Sequence record: OR513085.1
DNA: 64,000 nt
Reading direction: 5' to 3' (one strand)
Shown here: in pieces, positions 56,018 to 64,000 of the stretch
Layout of the letters: every line of letters begins with the position of its first letter
How positions within the stretch are numbered: position 1 is the stretch's first letter
Notes under the pieces: generated by a model
What the model was told of the DNA's origin: nothing
The model's database searches: none
Seen by the model: the letters and a program-made list of their open reading frames with translations, nothing else
Made by a program: the position numbers and the translations under genes

Positions 56018-57757
56018 ATGTCAGGATTTGGACAACCATATAACGTAGTCAAGACTATACGCGGAGCTACATTCTCCGAAGTTCTTGAAGACTTGAACTT
56101 TAACTTTGAGCAGATAATGAACGTCTTTGCAGTCAAAGGATTGCCTGGTAAAGACGGAGGTCCTGGAGGTATAGGAGGTCAAGGTTCACGAGGAGCTTCA
56201 TTCATAATTTTAAACATTGAAGAATTCCAGGCAAATTTTCCTAGTCCGGCAGACCCTAATGCTATAACTATAGACCACATTAACGATGCTATTCATGCAA
56301 ATGCTATACTTTTCTTTGAAAAATGTACAAACTTTGATGACATCGTACACAATGATATGCTAATTTTGCCAAACGGCATTGTCATTCAATATGACACAGT
56401 TACAGGCATATTCTTGCCAACTAGGCTTAGATTATTCAACAACACGGATGTCTGGACCAAGGAAATGATTATTCAACTTATTGAAGAGTACTCTCAGCAA
56501 TCAGAAGGTCTTTATAAATCATATTCAGCAAGAAACAAAATCCTGGCTGATGACGCGCCTAATGCAGAGACTATCAACTCCGTGTTTAACCAAAATGCTG
56601 TGGCTGATATTGCAACATCTAATTCAGGTCCTGGTTTCGAGGCTCAGAACATAGTGTTTATTGCATTACAGGAAGCTGCAGGAATAATTGGTGATCAGCG
56701 AGCACAGTTACTTAACCTTGACGGCCATGCAATAGACTACCACAACTTAGTACAAAATTCAATTGCACAAAACAAAATGTCTTCTGTACCAAAAGCCGAT
56801 AACTTACCGGTTAGAACGCTGATTCAAAATCAGCCAAGTTCAGGATTTATATTTGGCGCAGCTAATTTCAACACGCTAGATAAGTTTGGTCATATCAGAA
56901 AGTCGTTGAATGCTGTTGAAATTATGCCGTACTACACTAATGACGGCACATTCATTACTAACAACACAGTAGCTTCTATTGGCGAAAACATTATTTCGTT
57001 ACGATCTAAAACTGTAGTAGCTAATGGTATTGGCGCTACTGGTGCATTTGATGTACAAACTAATGGAGTATCAAGGCTAAACATAAATTCGGATAGGTCA
57101 TTCTTTGCAAACAAAGTATTTGTTGACACTATCAAAGATGCTACGCAACAAAAAATAGTTTCTGTATTAGCTTCAGGTGAGTTAGTTAGCGTTAACTACA
57201 AAACTACAGGAACGTTAAGCTCTACAGGCAATGCATTACCAATAGAATCAGTTATAGTAAAATGGACAACTGACTATGTTAATGCAAGGTTAGGTTGGAC
57301 AACTTCAGAAACAGTCAAGCAACTTATTGATGCATTACGCCAAGACATTACAGTACTACAGCAATCTAATGCAGTATTAAACCTAATAGCTAATGCATTC
57401 AAAGGGCCTGATGGCGCAGTACTAGCATACCGAGGTGCTACAATTCCGCAAGGCTGGGCTGAAGTGGTGGACATTAGAGGCCGTACTATTGTTGGAGTAG
57501 ACCCTAATGATTTTTCATTGAACGCACCAAAATTACCAGTAGGTGCCAACAAAAAGAAAATTCTGCAAGCACATATTCCTAACTACAATATGTCTTATTT
57601 GCTAGGACTAGAAAAAGTAGGTACGGGTAACCGTAATGGCCTTTCGAGACAAGGAGGTAATGAATATACTCAGAACATAAACAGTGGTGGTGGCGGTCAA
57701 GATTTTGATGTTATGCAAGCATCTTATACTTGTCGATATATTGAATTTATTGGATAA
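56018..57757 (+). CDS. Tail fibre/baseplate protein with short collagen-like stretch and C-terminal tail-collar-like domain
   Basis: GLPGKDGGPGGIGGQGSRG; GAVLAY.G..IPQGW..DIRGRTIVG..QASYTCRYI. Confidence 0.55.
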   Translation: MSGFGQPYNVVKTIRGATFSEVLEDLNFNFEQIMNVFAVKGLPGKDGGPGGIGGQGSRGASFIILNIEEFQANFPSPADPNAITIDHINDAIHANAILFFEKCTNFDDIVHNDMLILPNGIVIQYDTVTGIFLPTRLRLFNNTDVWTKEMIIQLIEEYSQQSEGLYKSYSARNKILADDAPNAETINSVFNQNAVADIATSNSGPGFEAQNIVFIALQEAAGIIGDQRAQLLNLDGHAIDYHNLVQNSIAQNKMSSVPKADNLPVRTLIQNQPSSGFIFGAANFNTLDKFGHIRKSLNAVEIMPYYTNDGTFITNNTVASIGENIISLRSKTVVANGIGATGAFDVQTNGVSRLNINSDRSFFANKVFVDTIKDATQQKIVSVLASGELVSVNYKTTGTLSSTGNALPIESVIVKWTTDYVNARLGWTTSETVKQLIDALRQDITVLQQSNAVLNLIANAFKGPDGAVLAYRGATIPQGWAEVVDIRGRTIVGVDPNDFSLNAPKLPVGANKKKILQAHIPNYNMSYLLGLEKVGTGNRNGLSRQGGNEYTQNINSGGGGQDFDVMQASYTCRYIEFIG

Positions 57758-57764
57758 ACTTTTA

Positions 57765-57790
57765 AAAGCCTGGCAATGCCAGGCTTTTGC
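57765..57790 (+). terminator. Rho-independent terminator
   Basis: aaaagcctggca-a-tgccaggctttt. Confidence 0.8.
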
Positions 57791-57833
57791 CATATACGTA
57801 GTATTTTATACCAAATTATAATTTTTAATACAC

Positions 57834-58547
57834 ATGAACAATAATCAATTTGAAGACGACGACCAAAAGTACACTGGTACGCCGTTTATGAAAGGAGCTA
57901 CTTGGGCAGCTAAATCCGACCCTACTATGCACAATTCAATTTATCAAGTTTTGCCAAATGGCCAATTTGAAATGACTGATGGCGAGGTTTATGATGGTTC
58001 CGGATTAGTTTCTACACACTCATACATTCCTGTAGAACACATGGGATTTGCTAACGAAATTTCAGAAGGCGTAGACCCGGCTGCTATAGCTGAACTTGAA
58101 CGTAAAAATTCAATGTTTGGTATGGATTTAGTTGAACATGCTTCGGAAGTTGAAGACAAATCTGTTATAAAAGGAAGCGGTCCTGATTTATCTAAAATGA
58201 CAATGATGGAGAGAGCTCAATATGAAGCTGAGCAAAAATTAGGTGGCACTATTGGCTGGGCTGATGCAAAAAATGTAGGCGCACCTGCAACTATACTAGC
58301 AGAAACCTACACACAGCCCGCTTACCAAATGCCAGAAGACCCACAATTCCAGGCTTTCGTGACTATGGCAAATGGCCAAGTTCCTGAGGCTGAGCAAGTT
58401 AAATTGTTTGCACAAATGTTCAAAGTATCTACTGATGATATGATTGACATTGTTGCAAGAATGTTTGAAGTTCCTGAACTTAACCGAGCACTAGTTGAGA
58501 AGGCTGCAACTGACTTGATTAATCAAGCTTTTGGCGAAGAAAACTAA
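57834..58547 (+). CDS. Hypothetical acidic protein
   Basis: 237-aa ORF. Confidence 0.55.
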   Translation: MNNNQFEDDDQKYTGTPFMKGATWAAKSDPTMHNSIYQVLPNGQFEMTDGEVYDGSGLVSTHSYIPVEHMGFANEISEGVDPAAIAELERKNSMFGMDLVEHASEVEDKSVIKGSGPDLSKMTMMERAQYEAEQKLGGTIGWADAKNVGAPATILAETYTQPAYQMPEDPQFQAFVTMANGQVPEAEQVKLFAQMFKVSTDDMIDIVARMFEVPELNRALVEKAATDLINQAFGEEN

Positions 58548-58550
58548 AAT

Positions 58551-59021
58551 ATGCAAGATGCTTTTTATAAACCTCGTCAGCTTAAAGACGAGGTTTTTTG
58601 TGTTATATACGCAAGGGAACAAATGTTCAAGCCAGTACTTATAAGAGGTTCAGTTGTCAATTTTGTCAGGTTTTCTGATATTTCAACATACTACCACATA
58701 CAGCCACTAGAAATGTTAGGAAGCTTTGAGCCTACACTAACATTACGTTACATTAATGCTACAACTAAACGTTGCAAAGACATAACGTTTAGCTTTGACG
58801 TTAGTAACGTTAGGCTTAACTGGGCTCAACAATTTGCTGCAGAAAATCCGGACTACTTACTAGATTGTCAGCATTGGTCAGTTTTTGGTGACTTAAAGTC
58901 GGCCATTGAAAGTATACATAATCTAAATAATTCTGCCATTTTAAAAATAGCCTCAGAAATGCAGGCTTTGACTGGGCAGAATGATGAACTTTATAAACTT
59001 ATAGCAAACAATGGCATTTGA
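58551..59021 (+). CDS. Hypothetical protein
   Basis: 156-aa ORF. Confidence 0.55.
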   Translation: MQDAFYKPRQLKDEVFCVIYAREQMFKPVLIRGSVVNFVRFSDISTYYHIQPLEMLGSFEPTLTLRYINATTKRCKDITFSFDVSNVRLNWAQQFAAENPDYLLDCQHWSVFGDLKSAIESIHNLNNSAILKIASEMQALTGQNDELYKLIANNGI

Positions 59022-60588
59022 CGATTTACAATTTTTAGGCAATGATGCTCACGTTAATTACGATGGAGTTGGCGACAACATAGCATCTAACTATTCAGAA
59101 GGTGACAACCAAATGCAGGCAGAATTGCCTAGGTCTGCAGTAGCTGGCTTTAAAACTGCCAAGAAGTCAATATTCAACAATTTTTATGCGTATTCAGGCG
59201 ACCCTTTGAATATTTTCATGGACCAGGACACTACTGAGTCTAATCTTTACAAAAACCCTACCTTAGACAACTTACTTTTCAAAACTAGAGGCGCAAACAG
59301 ATTTGACGAAACAGATTTTGCGTATTGTACTAAGTATGGCCAGATTCCAAACAACCGTTTAGTTACTTTACGTAGGTTCAAATTCCCTGTTTATGATGAC
59401 ATTTTTGGTGTTAAGTATGAACCGGATATTGCTAGGATGGTTACGTGGTCTACGCAAGATGAAAACCAATTCACTGACTTATTTAAGTGGTCATATGGGA
59501 TGAACTGGAAAGAGCTTACTGCGGAAATGGAAGCTATGCAACAATCATCGCCTGGTATTGGATATGACGGTGTTATTGGAAAAATACTAGACAACTATGT
59601 TTCGCCTAACACTAATCCGCAAGATTACTACGACCCTAAACATGACCAAAATAAAGCATATGGTCCGGTAGATTCCATTAACAAAACGCATATTCGTGAT
59701 GTTGGTTTGAACTTTGACAAAGAAGTTGAACTTGTTTTTCATTACGAAACTAAGTCATATGGCGGTGTTAATGCAAAGGCTGCTATGCTGGATTTAATTT
59801 CACATATACTAGTTTGTACATCTAATGAAGGTAAATTCTGGGGAGGTTCAAGATATTGGGCAGGGCGCCCGCCATCTGAGTACGCTAACAGAATTAGACA
59901 TTGGTCTAACGAAACATTCTCTGAGTTTGTTCAGTCGTCTAATGTTAATGTCAAGTCATTATTAGGCAGTTTAGCTTCCTCAATTTCACAAAACTTAACT
60001 GCAGAGAACGTAATTGACATGGCAACTAAGGTACTTAAAAACATGGCAATTTCAAAAGCTTTAGACTTTGCTGGCCGAGCATCAGTACCGCTAATGAATT
60101 CGCTACTTACATCTGACCCTGTAGGTGAATGGCATATTACAATAGGCAATCCTTTTAGGCCTCAGTTAGTTATGGGCAACATGATTTTGACTGAAACTAC
60201 TATTGAAGCCGCATCAAATGCTTTACAATATGACGACTTCCCTACAGGAATTAAAGTTACTTGTAAGCTTAAACCAGCTATGCCAAGAGGTAGAGCCGAA
60301 ATGGAACAAATGTTAGCATTCGGTAATGCTAGAACGTATTGGAAGCCTTCACCTGACGATTTTGACAAAATTACTAGAACTGGTAAGTATGTCAAAGAAT
60401 CAATGAGAGGTCATACTGCTGCAGATATAGCAATAACCGGTAGAGAGCTTTATTCATTTGCACAAACTGAATTGTTTAGCTACGATAATTCACTGAAGCC
60501 TAAACCTGCAGCTAATGCAGATGCAGGAACTGGCCAAACTACTACGCCAAACACTACTAACGGAGGTACAATTTCCGGAGGTCAGTAA
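59011..60588 (+). CDS. Probable baseplate/tail-tube initiator protein (gp48/gp54-like)
   Basis: LVFHYE..LDLISHIL; WHITIGNPF..GNMILTETTI..DDFPT.IKVT pattern. Confidence 0.4.
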   Translation: MAFDDLQFLGNDAHVNYDGVGDNIASNYSEGDNQMQAELPRSAVAGFKTAKKSIFNNFYAYSGDPLNIFMDQDTTESNLYKNPTLDNLLFKTRGANRFDETDFAYCTKYGQIPNNRLVTLRRFKFPVYDDIFGVKYEPDIARMVTWSTQDENQFTDLFKWSYGMNWKELTAEMEAMQQSSPGIGYDGVIGKILDNYVSPNTNPQDYYDPKHDQNKAYGPVDSINKTHIRDVGLNFDKEVELVFHYETKSYGGVNAKAAMLDLISHILVCTSNEGKFWGGSRYWAGRPPSEYANRIRHWSNETFSEFVQSSNVNVKSLLGSLASSISQNLTAENVIDMATKVLKNMAISKALDFAGRASVPLMNSLLTSDPVGEWHITIGNPFRPQLVMGNMILTETTIEAASNALQYDDFPTGIKVTCKLKPAMPRGRAEMEQMLAFGNARTYWKPSPDDFDKITRTGKYVKESMRGHTAADIAITGRELYSFAQTELFSYDNSLKPKPAANADAGTGQTTTPNTTNGGTISGGQ

Positions 60589-60596
60589 AAAATAAA

Positions 60597-60680
60597 AATG
60601 CAACTTTTCGCAAGAATAGTTGCATTTTTTGTGCTTAAAATTTCCACATGTCAAATAATTTTATTATATTTGTATTAAAT
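60597..60680 (+). promoter_or_regulatory. Hairpin + promoter cassette, TATATTTG class
   Basis: aaaatgcaact..agttgcatttt; cacatgtc-N12-tatatttg (60665-60672). Confidence 0.75.
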
Positions 60681-60695
60681 AAAAATTCAAACAAC

Positions 60696-60905
60696 ATGAA
60701 AAAGCAATTCATAATTACATTCACTTCTACAAGATATGTTAGTCTTTGGGGCGCAGTAGAATCCGCCAGACGTTCACTATTATTAATTCCGCTTAATGAC
60801 ACATTATACGACAATCGTGAAGACACAGAGGCTGAAATAGCATTGGACATGGAAAATTTCCCAGATCGCCAATACAGTATTGTTGAAATTTTAACAAAAC
60901 TTTAA
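60696..60905 (+). CDS. Hypothetical protein
   Basis: Likely start 60696. Confidence 0.5.
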   Translation: MKKQFIITFTSTRYVSLWGAVESARRSLLLIPLNDTLYDNREDTEAEIALDMENFPDRQYSIVEILTKL

Positions 60906-60911
60906 CACTTT

Positions 60912-60955
60912 AAATTTTCATATGTCATTAAAAATGCCTATATTTACATAACAAA
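60912..60955 (+). promoter_or_regulatory. Promoter, TATATTTA class
   Basis: ttttcatatgtc-N12-tatattta (60939-60946). Confidence 0.7.
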
Positions 60956-60964
60956 TTAAACAAC

Positions 60965-61207
60965 ATGAAAAAAGCATTTAAGATTTATGTAGAAACTGAA
61001 ATAAAATATTCTCAACGATACGACCAAGGCTATGGACAAGTAGGTACTACTGAAGAATCGGTTAAAATTTTCGTGGAGACTTATGCATCTAAAAATTTTA
61101 GCACATTAAAGGATGCTGAAGATCATCTTGAAAAGATGTTCGCATCTAATTGGTTCGGCAAAGACGCCAAAGTAACTATATTGCCAATTTATACACAAAC
61201 AAAATAA
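60965..61207 (+). CDS. Hypothetical protein
   Basis: 80 aa; ends TILPIYT, loosely like SIVEILT in the preceding gene. Confidence 0.5.
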   Translation: MKKAFKIYVETEIKYSQRYDQGYGQVGTTEESVKIFVETYASKNFSTLKDAEDHLEKMFASNWFGKDAKVTILPIYTQTK

Positions 61208-61215
61208 AAATAATC

Positions 61216-61689
61216 ATGGACAGCATAACATTACAAAGCCTAACTTTTGACGAATTAGCAACATTAATTCAGTCAAAAAATGTAAATGACGAATTCGTAG
61301 AAAAATATCCGGAGTACCGCAAGGAATGGATTATCGAACATACTAAAAGCAAATGGGCTTGGCAGAAAAGGGCAATGAAACAAAAACTTAGCAAAGAACA
61401 GTTGCTAATACTTTGGGGTAGAATTAAAGCTACTGAGCCTATAGTAGAACTAGAATTCAACAAAACATCACCAGAACTAGCAGGACTTTTGGCAGGCGTA
61501 GGCACAAAAGGCATTAACTATATTGCCGAGAACTTCAAGCTTCTAGGAATTGAGCCTTCTGAGGATTCAATTTACTACAACTTTGAACATGGCTTAACGT
61601 TAAGAACTACAGGAGGTTCGTTATCTGGCGAATCTGTAGTTACTACACAACTACTTAATGGAATCGGTGATATTATAGCAACTTGGTAG
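61216..61689 (+). CDS. Hypothetical protein
   Basis: Likely start 61216. Confidence 0.55.
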   Translation: MDSITLQSLTFDELATLIQSKNVNDEFVEKYPEYRKEWIIEHTKSKWAWQKRAMKQKLSKEQLLILWGRIKATEPIVELEFNKTSPELAGLLAGVGTKGINYIAENFKLLGIEPSEDSIYYNFEHGLTLRTTGGSLSGESVVTTQLLNGIGDIIATW

Positions 61690-61724
61690 GCTTTCAGCCA
61701 ATTTTAACAAAATAAAACAAAGAC

Positions 61725-62249
61725 ATGAACATACAAAATTTAAAACGTACAATAGAACTTGTTAACACTCTTGACGCAGAAGACTTGCATATGGAGTATT
61801 ACAGAAATGACACAGATTTAACTCAAAAATGCGGTTCGGCAGGATGTATTTTAGGTCATGCAACAATACTTGATTCCGAGGAAAATTGGAAAAAATTCTT
61901 GGATAATGACGGCTCTGACGACTTTGATTTTTTCAACTGGTCTTTAAGTTTTTATGACATTCCGGAATCTAAAAGTCCGCTAAGTCCTGACTTCACTTGG
62001 GCATATATGTTCAATTCTGCTTGGGGTTATAGTAATGCATACGTATATAATGAACTTGCGGAGGCTGTTACTGATGAGCAACTTACTGCTATTTGTAAAA
62101 TTTTGTCTTCACCTAAACATGCTGTTTACAGAATGCAGAAAATAGTTGATGGCTACCAGCCTAAATCATTTACTGAGGAGTATGCTGACGAACTTTCTAT
62201 AGTTACTGCATATGTTCTGGCTCATGATAGCCTAGAAAACATTTATTAG
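61725..62249 (+). CDS. C-x3-GC-x2-GH family protein, paralog 4
   Basis: CGSAGCILGH; WAYMF; SPKHAVYRMQKIVDGYQP. Confidence 0.7.
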   Translation: MNIQNLKRTIELVNTLDAEDLHMEYYRNDTDLTQKCGSAGCILGHATILDSEENWKKFLDNDGSDDFDFFNWSLSFYDIPESKSPLSPDFTWAYMFNSAWGYSNAYVYNELAEAVTDEQLTAICKILSSPKHAVYRMQKIVDGYQPKSFTEEYADELSIVTAYVLAHDSLENIY

Positions 62250-62269
62250 CAAAATTGTTAATAACTTTT

Positions 62270-62320
62270 GGCATTTTTATTTTAAAAAGTCAATAAAAAT
62301 GCCTATATTTGTAATATCAA
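62270..62320 (+). promoter_or_regulatory. Promoter of the sigma gene, TATATTTG class
   Basis: agtc-N12-tatatttg (62304-62311). Confidence 0.65.
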
Positions 62321-62343
62321 AATAACATAAAAATAAAAATCAT

Positions 62344-63507
62344 ATGTCAACAGAAAACTTCTTATCGTACGTTTATTCAAAATCTATCAACGAGCACCAG
62401 GACAAAATTAGGACAGGTATGTCCGACCACGAGATAAGAGTTAATTCATGCCTTAAATTGGCGTTATCAGTAGCCAAACAATACCATGCACAATCAGGCA
62501 CTAAAATGTCTTTAGAAGACGTAACACAATATGCATTTGAAGGAGTTTGTATAGCGTCTCAACGTTACAATGACCCTAACGTTAAGTTCTCAGCTTATGC
62601 TTACCACTGGATTAAAAAATGTGTCTTAGATGCAATTAACATAACTGCAAGACCTCTAGCGGTTTCAAATGTTGAGGGCTTTGGCCGAGTTACTGACGAA
62701 ATCAAATTCCTTTCAAAAGATGCTAAATTTTCCAATGGCTCTGACGACATGGAAGGTGACAAAAATCCAATTTACAATTCGTTAACTGCGGATAGTTTGA
62801 CAGAAGACTTGGCTGACTATGATGTTGCAGTTAACTCAACTAGGTCTGCTATCAAAGATATGCTTTCATCACTTAATGCACATGAACTTAAAGTTACTTG
62901 CTGCTATTTTGGATTGGCACCATTTGAAGCACCAAGTTCAATTCAGCAAGTTGCAGCACAATTCAGATATTCAAAACCTATTGTAGAGCTTATCATCAAC
63001 AACTCCATCATTAACATGAAAAATTATGCAGAAGCTCATGGTATGGACTTACAGGAATTGCTAACTGAAGCTAAAACGTTAAGCAATGTAAAGACTAAGG
63101 AGTCTATTGCAGATGACTACATGGACAGAGACTTCTATAAAAAGTCAGAAATTGATGACAACTTAAAAGCTATACAAGATGCTTCAGGACTAACTGACGA
63201 GCAGATGCAAATGGCAATTAACTTTGATCTTGCTGATGGTTATCACTTCATAGCTAAACGCGAAATTGCAGGATTGACTTTGTATCAACGACATACTATT
63301 ATCAAAAGGTTTGGTAATGGCCGAGTAACTTTGGCTTGCGTACACTCAATATTTGATAAGAACGGCAATATGAGAAAAGAGGAAACTTTTACGCATATCA
63401 ACAAAAGCGTACCAATTTGGGAGTTCTCGAAATATTGCAAAGAACACAGAATTAACCAAATGCATTCACCAATATTCCCTGCACCAAATGGGCAACTTAT
63501 CTACTAG
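62344..63507 (+). CDS. Sigma-70-family RNA polymerase sigma factor with C-terminal extension
   Basis: Region 2: LKLALSVAKQY..LEDVTQYAFEG..KFSAYAYHWIK; region 4: LNAHELKV..YFGL..SIQQVA. Confidence 0.8.
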   Translation: MSTENFLSYVYSKSINEHQDKIRTGMSDHEIRVNSCLKLALSVAKQYHAQSGTKMSLEDVTQYAFEGVCIASQRYNDPNVKFSAYAYHWIKKCVLDAINITARPLAVSNVEGFGRVTDEIKFLSKDAKFSNGSDDMEGDKNPIYNSLTADSLTEDLADYDVAVNSTRSAIKDMLSSLNAHELKVTCCYFGLAPFEAPSSIQQVAAQFRYSKPIVELIINNSIINMKNYAEAHGMDLQELLTEAKTLSNVKTKESIADDYMDRDFYKKSEIDDNLKAIQDASGLTDEQMQMAINFDLADGYHFIAKREIAGLTLYQRHTIIKRFGNGRVTLACVHSIFDKNGNMRKEETFTHINKSVPIWEFSKYCKEHRINQMHSPIFPAPNGQLIY

Positions 63508-63718
63508 CAAACTGCCAGAATGGTGGGAGAGCCTTGTAAACGAAGGTCCTGAACCAACTCCAGAAGAAATAGCCAAGGAATTTGGTGACTATACAAACGA
63601 CAAAGACAATTGCCCACACAATCAAACAAATCCGATACTAGGCTTCGGTAATGAAATAATTGGAGAGTATTGCACTCAATGCGGCCAGGCATTTAATAAT
63701 TATGGCAGATTAATGTAA
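63488..63718 (+). CDS. Small hypothetical protein with Cys pairs
   Basis: CPH..CTQCG. Confidence 0.45.
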   Translation: MGNLSTSKLPEWWESLVNEGPEPTPEEIAKEFGDYTNDKDNCPHNQTNPILGFGNEIIGEYCTQCGQAFNNYGRLM

Positions 63719-63723
63719 CGAAT

Positions 63724-63945
63724 ATGACAAAACTAAAAATATACTTAAAAATGCTTTTCTATTCAGGCATGTTAACATTTTTCATGGTAACTGCGGTTGC
63801 TATATTCCTAGAAGTTACAATGCCGGCTCGTTACGGCTTTAAGCATTATGCATACAACTGGCTATTATTTACAATATGCTTTTCTATAGCAGCATATCAT
63901 GACGAATTAAAAGAACTTAAACAACAAAATAATAAAAACAAATGA
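63724..63945 (+). CDS. Hypothetical membrane protein (2 TM)
   Basis: Two hydrophobic helices. Confidence 0.55.
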   Translation: MTKLKIYLKMLFYSGMLTFFMVTAVAIFLEVTMPARYGFKHYAYNWLLFTICFSIAAYHDELKELKQQNNKNK

Positions 63946-64000
63946 AAAAATTCTCAGTAGCATTAGCTTCAGATAGTACACTAACACACTTCATTACAGA

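Noticed and set aside
715-63692. Short antisense and nested ORFs in the track (e.g. 715..912, 8857..9201, 25338..25790, 46390..46902, 48427..48876)
   Set aside because: They lie inside longer well-supported genes and lack initiation context and recognisable motifs; they are shadows of codon bias
1-64000. Genome-wide TAG reassignment (genetic code 15)
   Set aside because: Core genes such as topo II, primase-helicase, clamp loader and DinG end at TAG at expected lengths, some TAGs are followed directly by TAA, and long genes are not fragmented
1-64000. tRNA or rRNA genes
   Set aside because: No cloverleaf or T-loop (GTTCRA-TC) pattern noticed in intergenic gaps; a tRNAscan-SE run would be needed to exclude them fully
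1-64000. Integrated prophage or host chromosome boundary
   Set aside because: No integrase, repressor, att site or block of bacterial housekeeping genes; phage-type organisation throughout

Overview
A 64-kb segment of a large, AT-rich, T4-like (contractile-tailed) dsDNA phage, very probably infecting a Bacteroidota host: start codons follow A-rich leaders without Shine-Dalgarno sites, and 13 intergenic promoters carry the Bacteroidota -7 element TAnnTTT(G/A). Almost all genes are on the + strand. Core genes are type II topoisomerase (two subunits), a primase/SF2-helicase fusion, clamp loader, RNase H/flap nuclease, dCMP deaminase, dNMP kinase, DinG-type helicase, terminase large subunit (- strand), tail sheath, tail tube, baseplate hub chaperone, tape measure, probable baseplate/fibre proteins and a sigma-70-family factor. 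They are interleaved with clusters of small hypothetical genes behind a repeated hairpin+promoter cassette. Main observations: (1) a family of seven proteins sharing a DUF551-like Trp-rich N-terminal module, found alone or fused to larger cargo domains; (2) one member is split by a single in-frame TAG exactly where its paralog has Tyr; (3) a probable +1 frameshift joining the hub chaperone to a downstream ORF that lacks an ATG; (4) two promoter subclasses with invariant spacing plus a phage sigma factor; (5) a four-member C-x3-GC-x2-GH family; (6) a DinG helicase between 87-bp direct repeats. No tRNA, CRISPR array, integrase, intron or intein was recognised. All family assignments come from motif recognition by eye; no database search was run.
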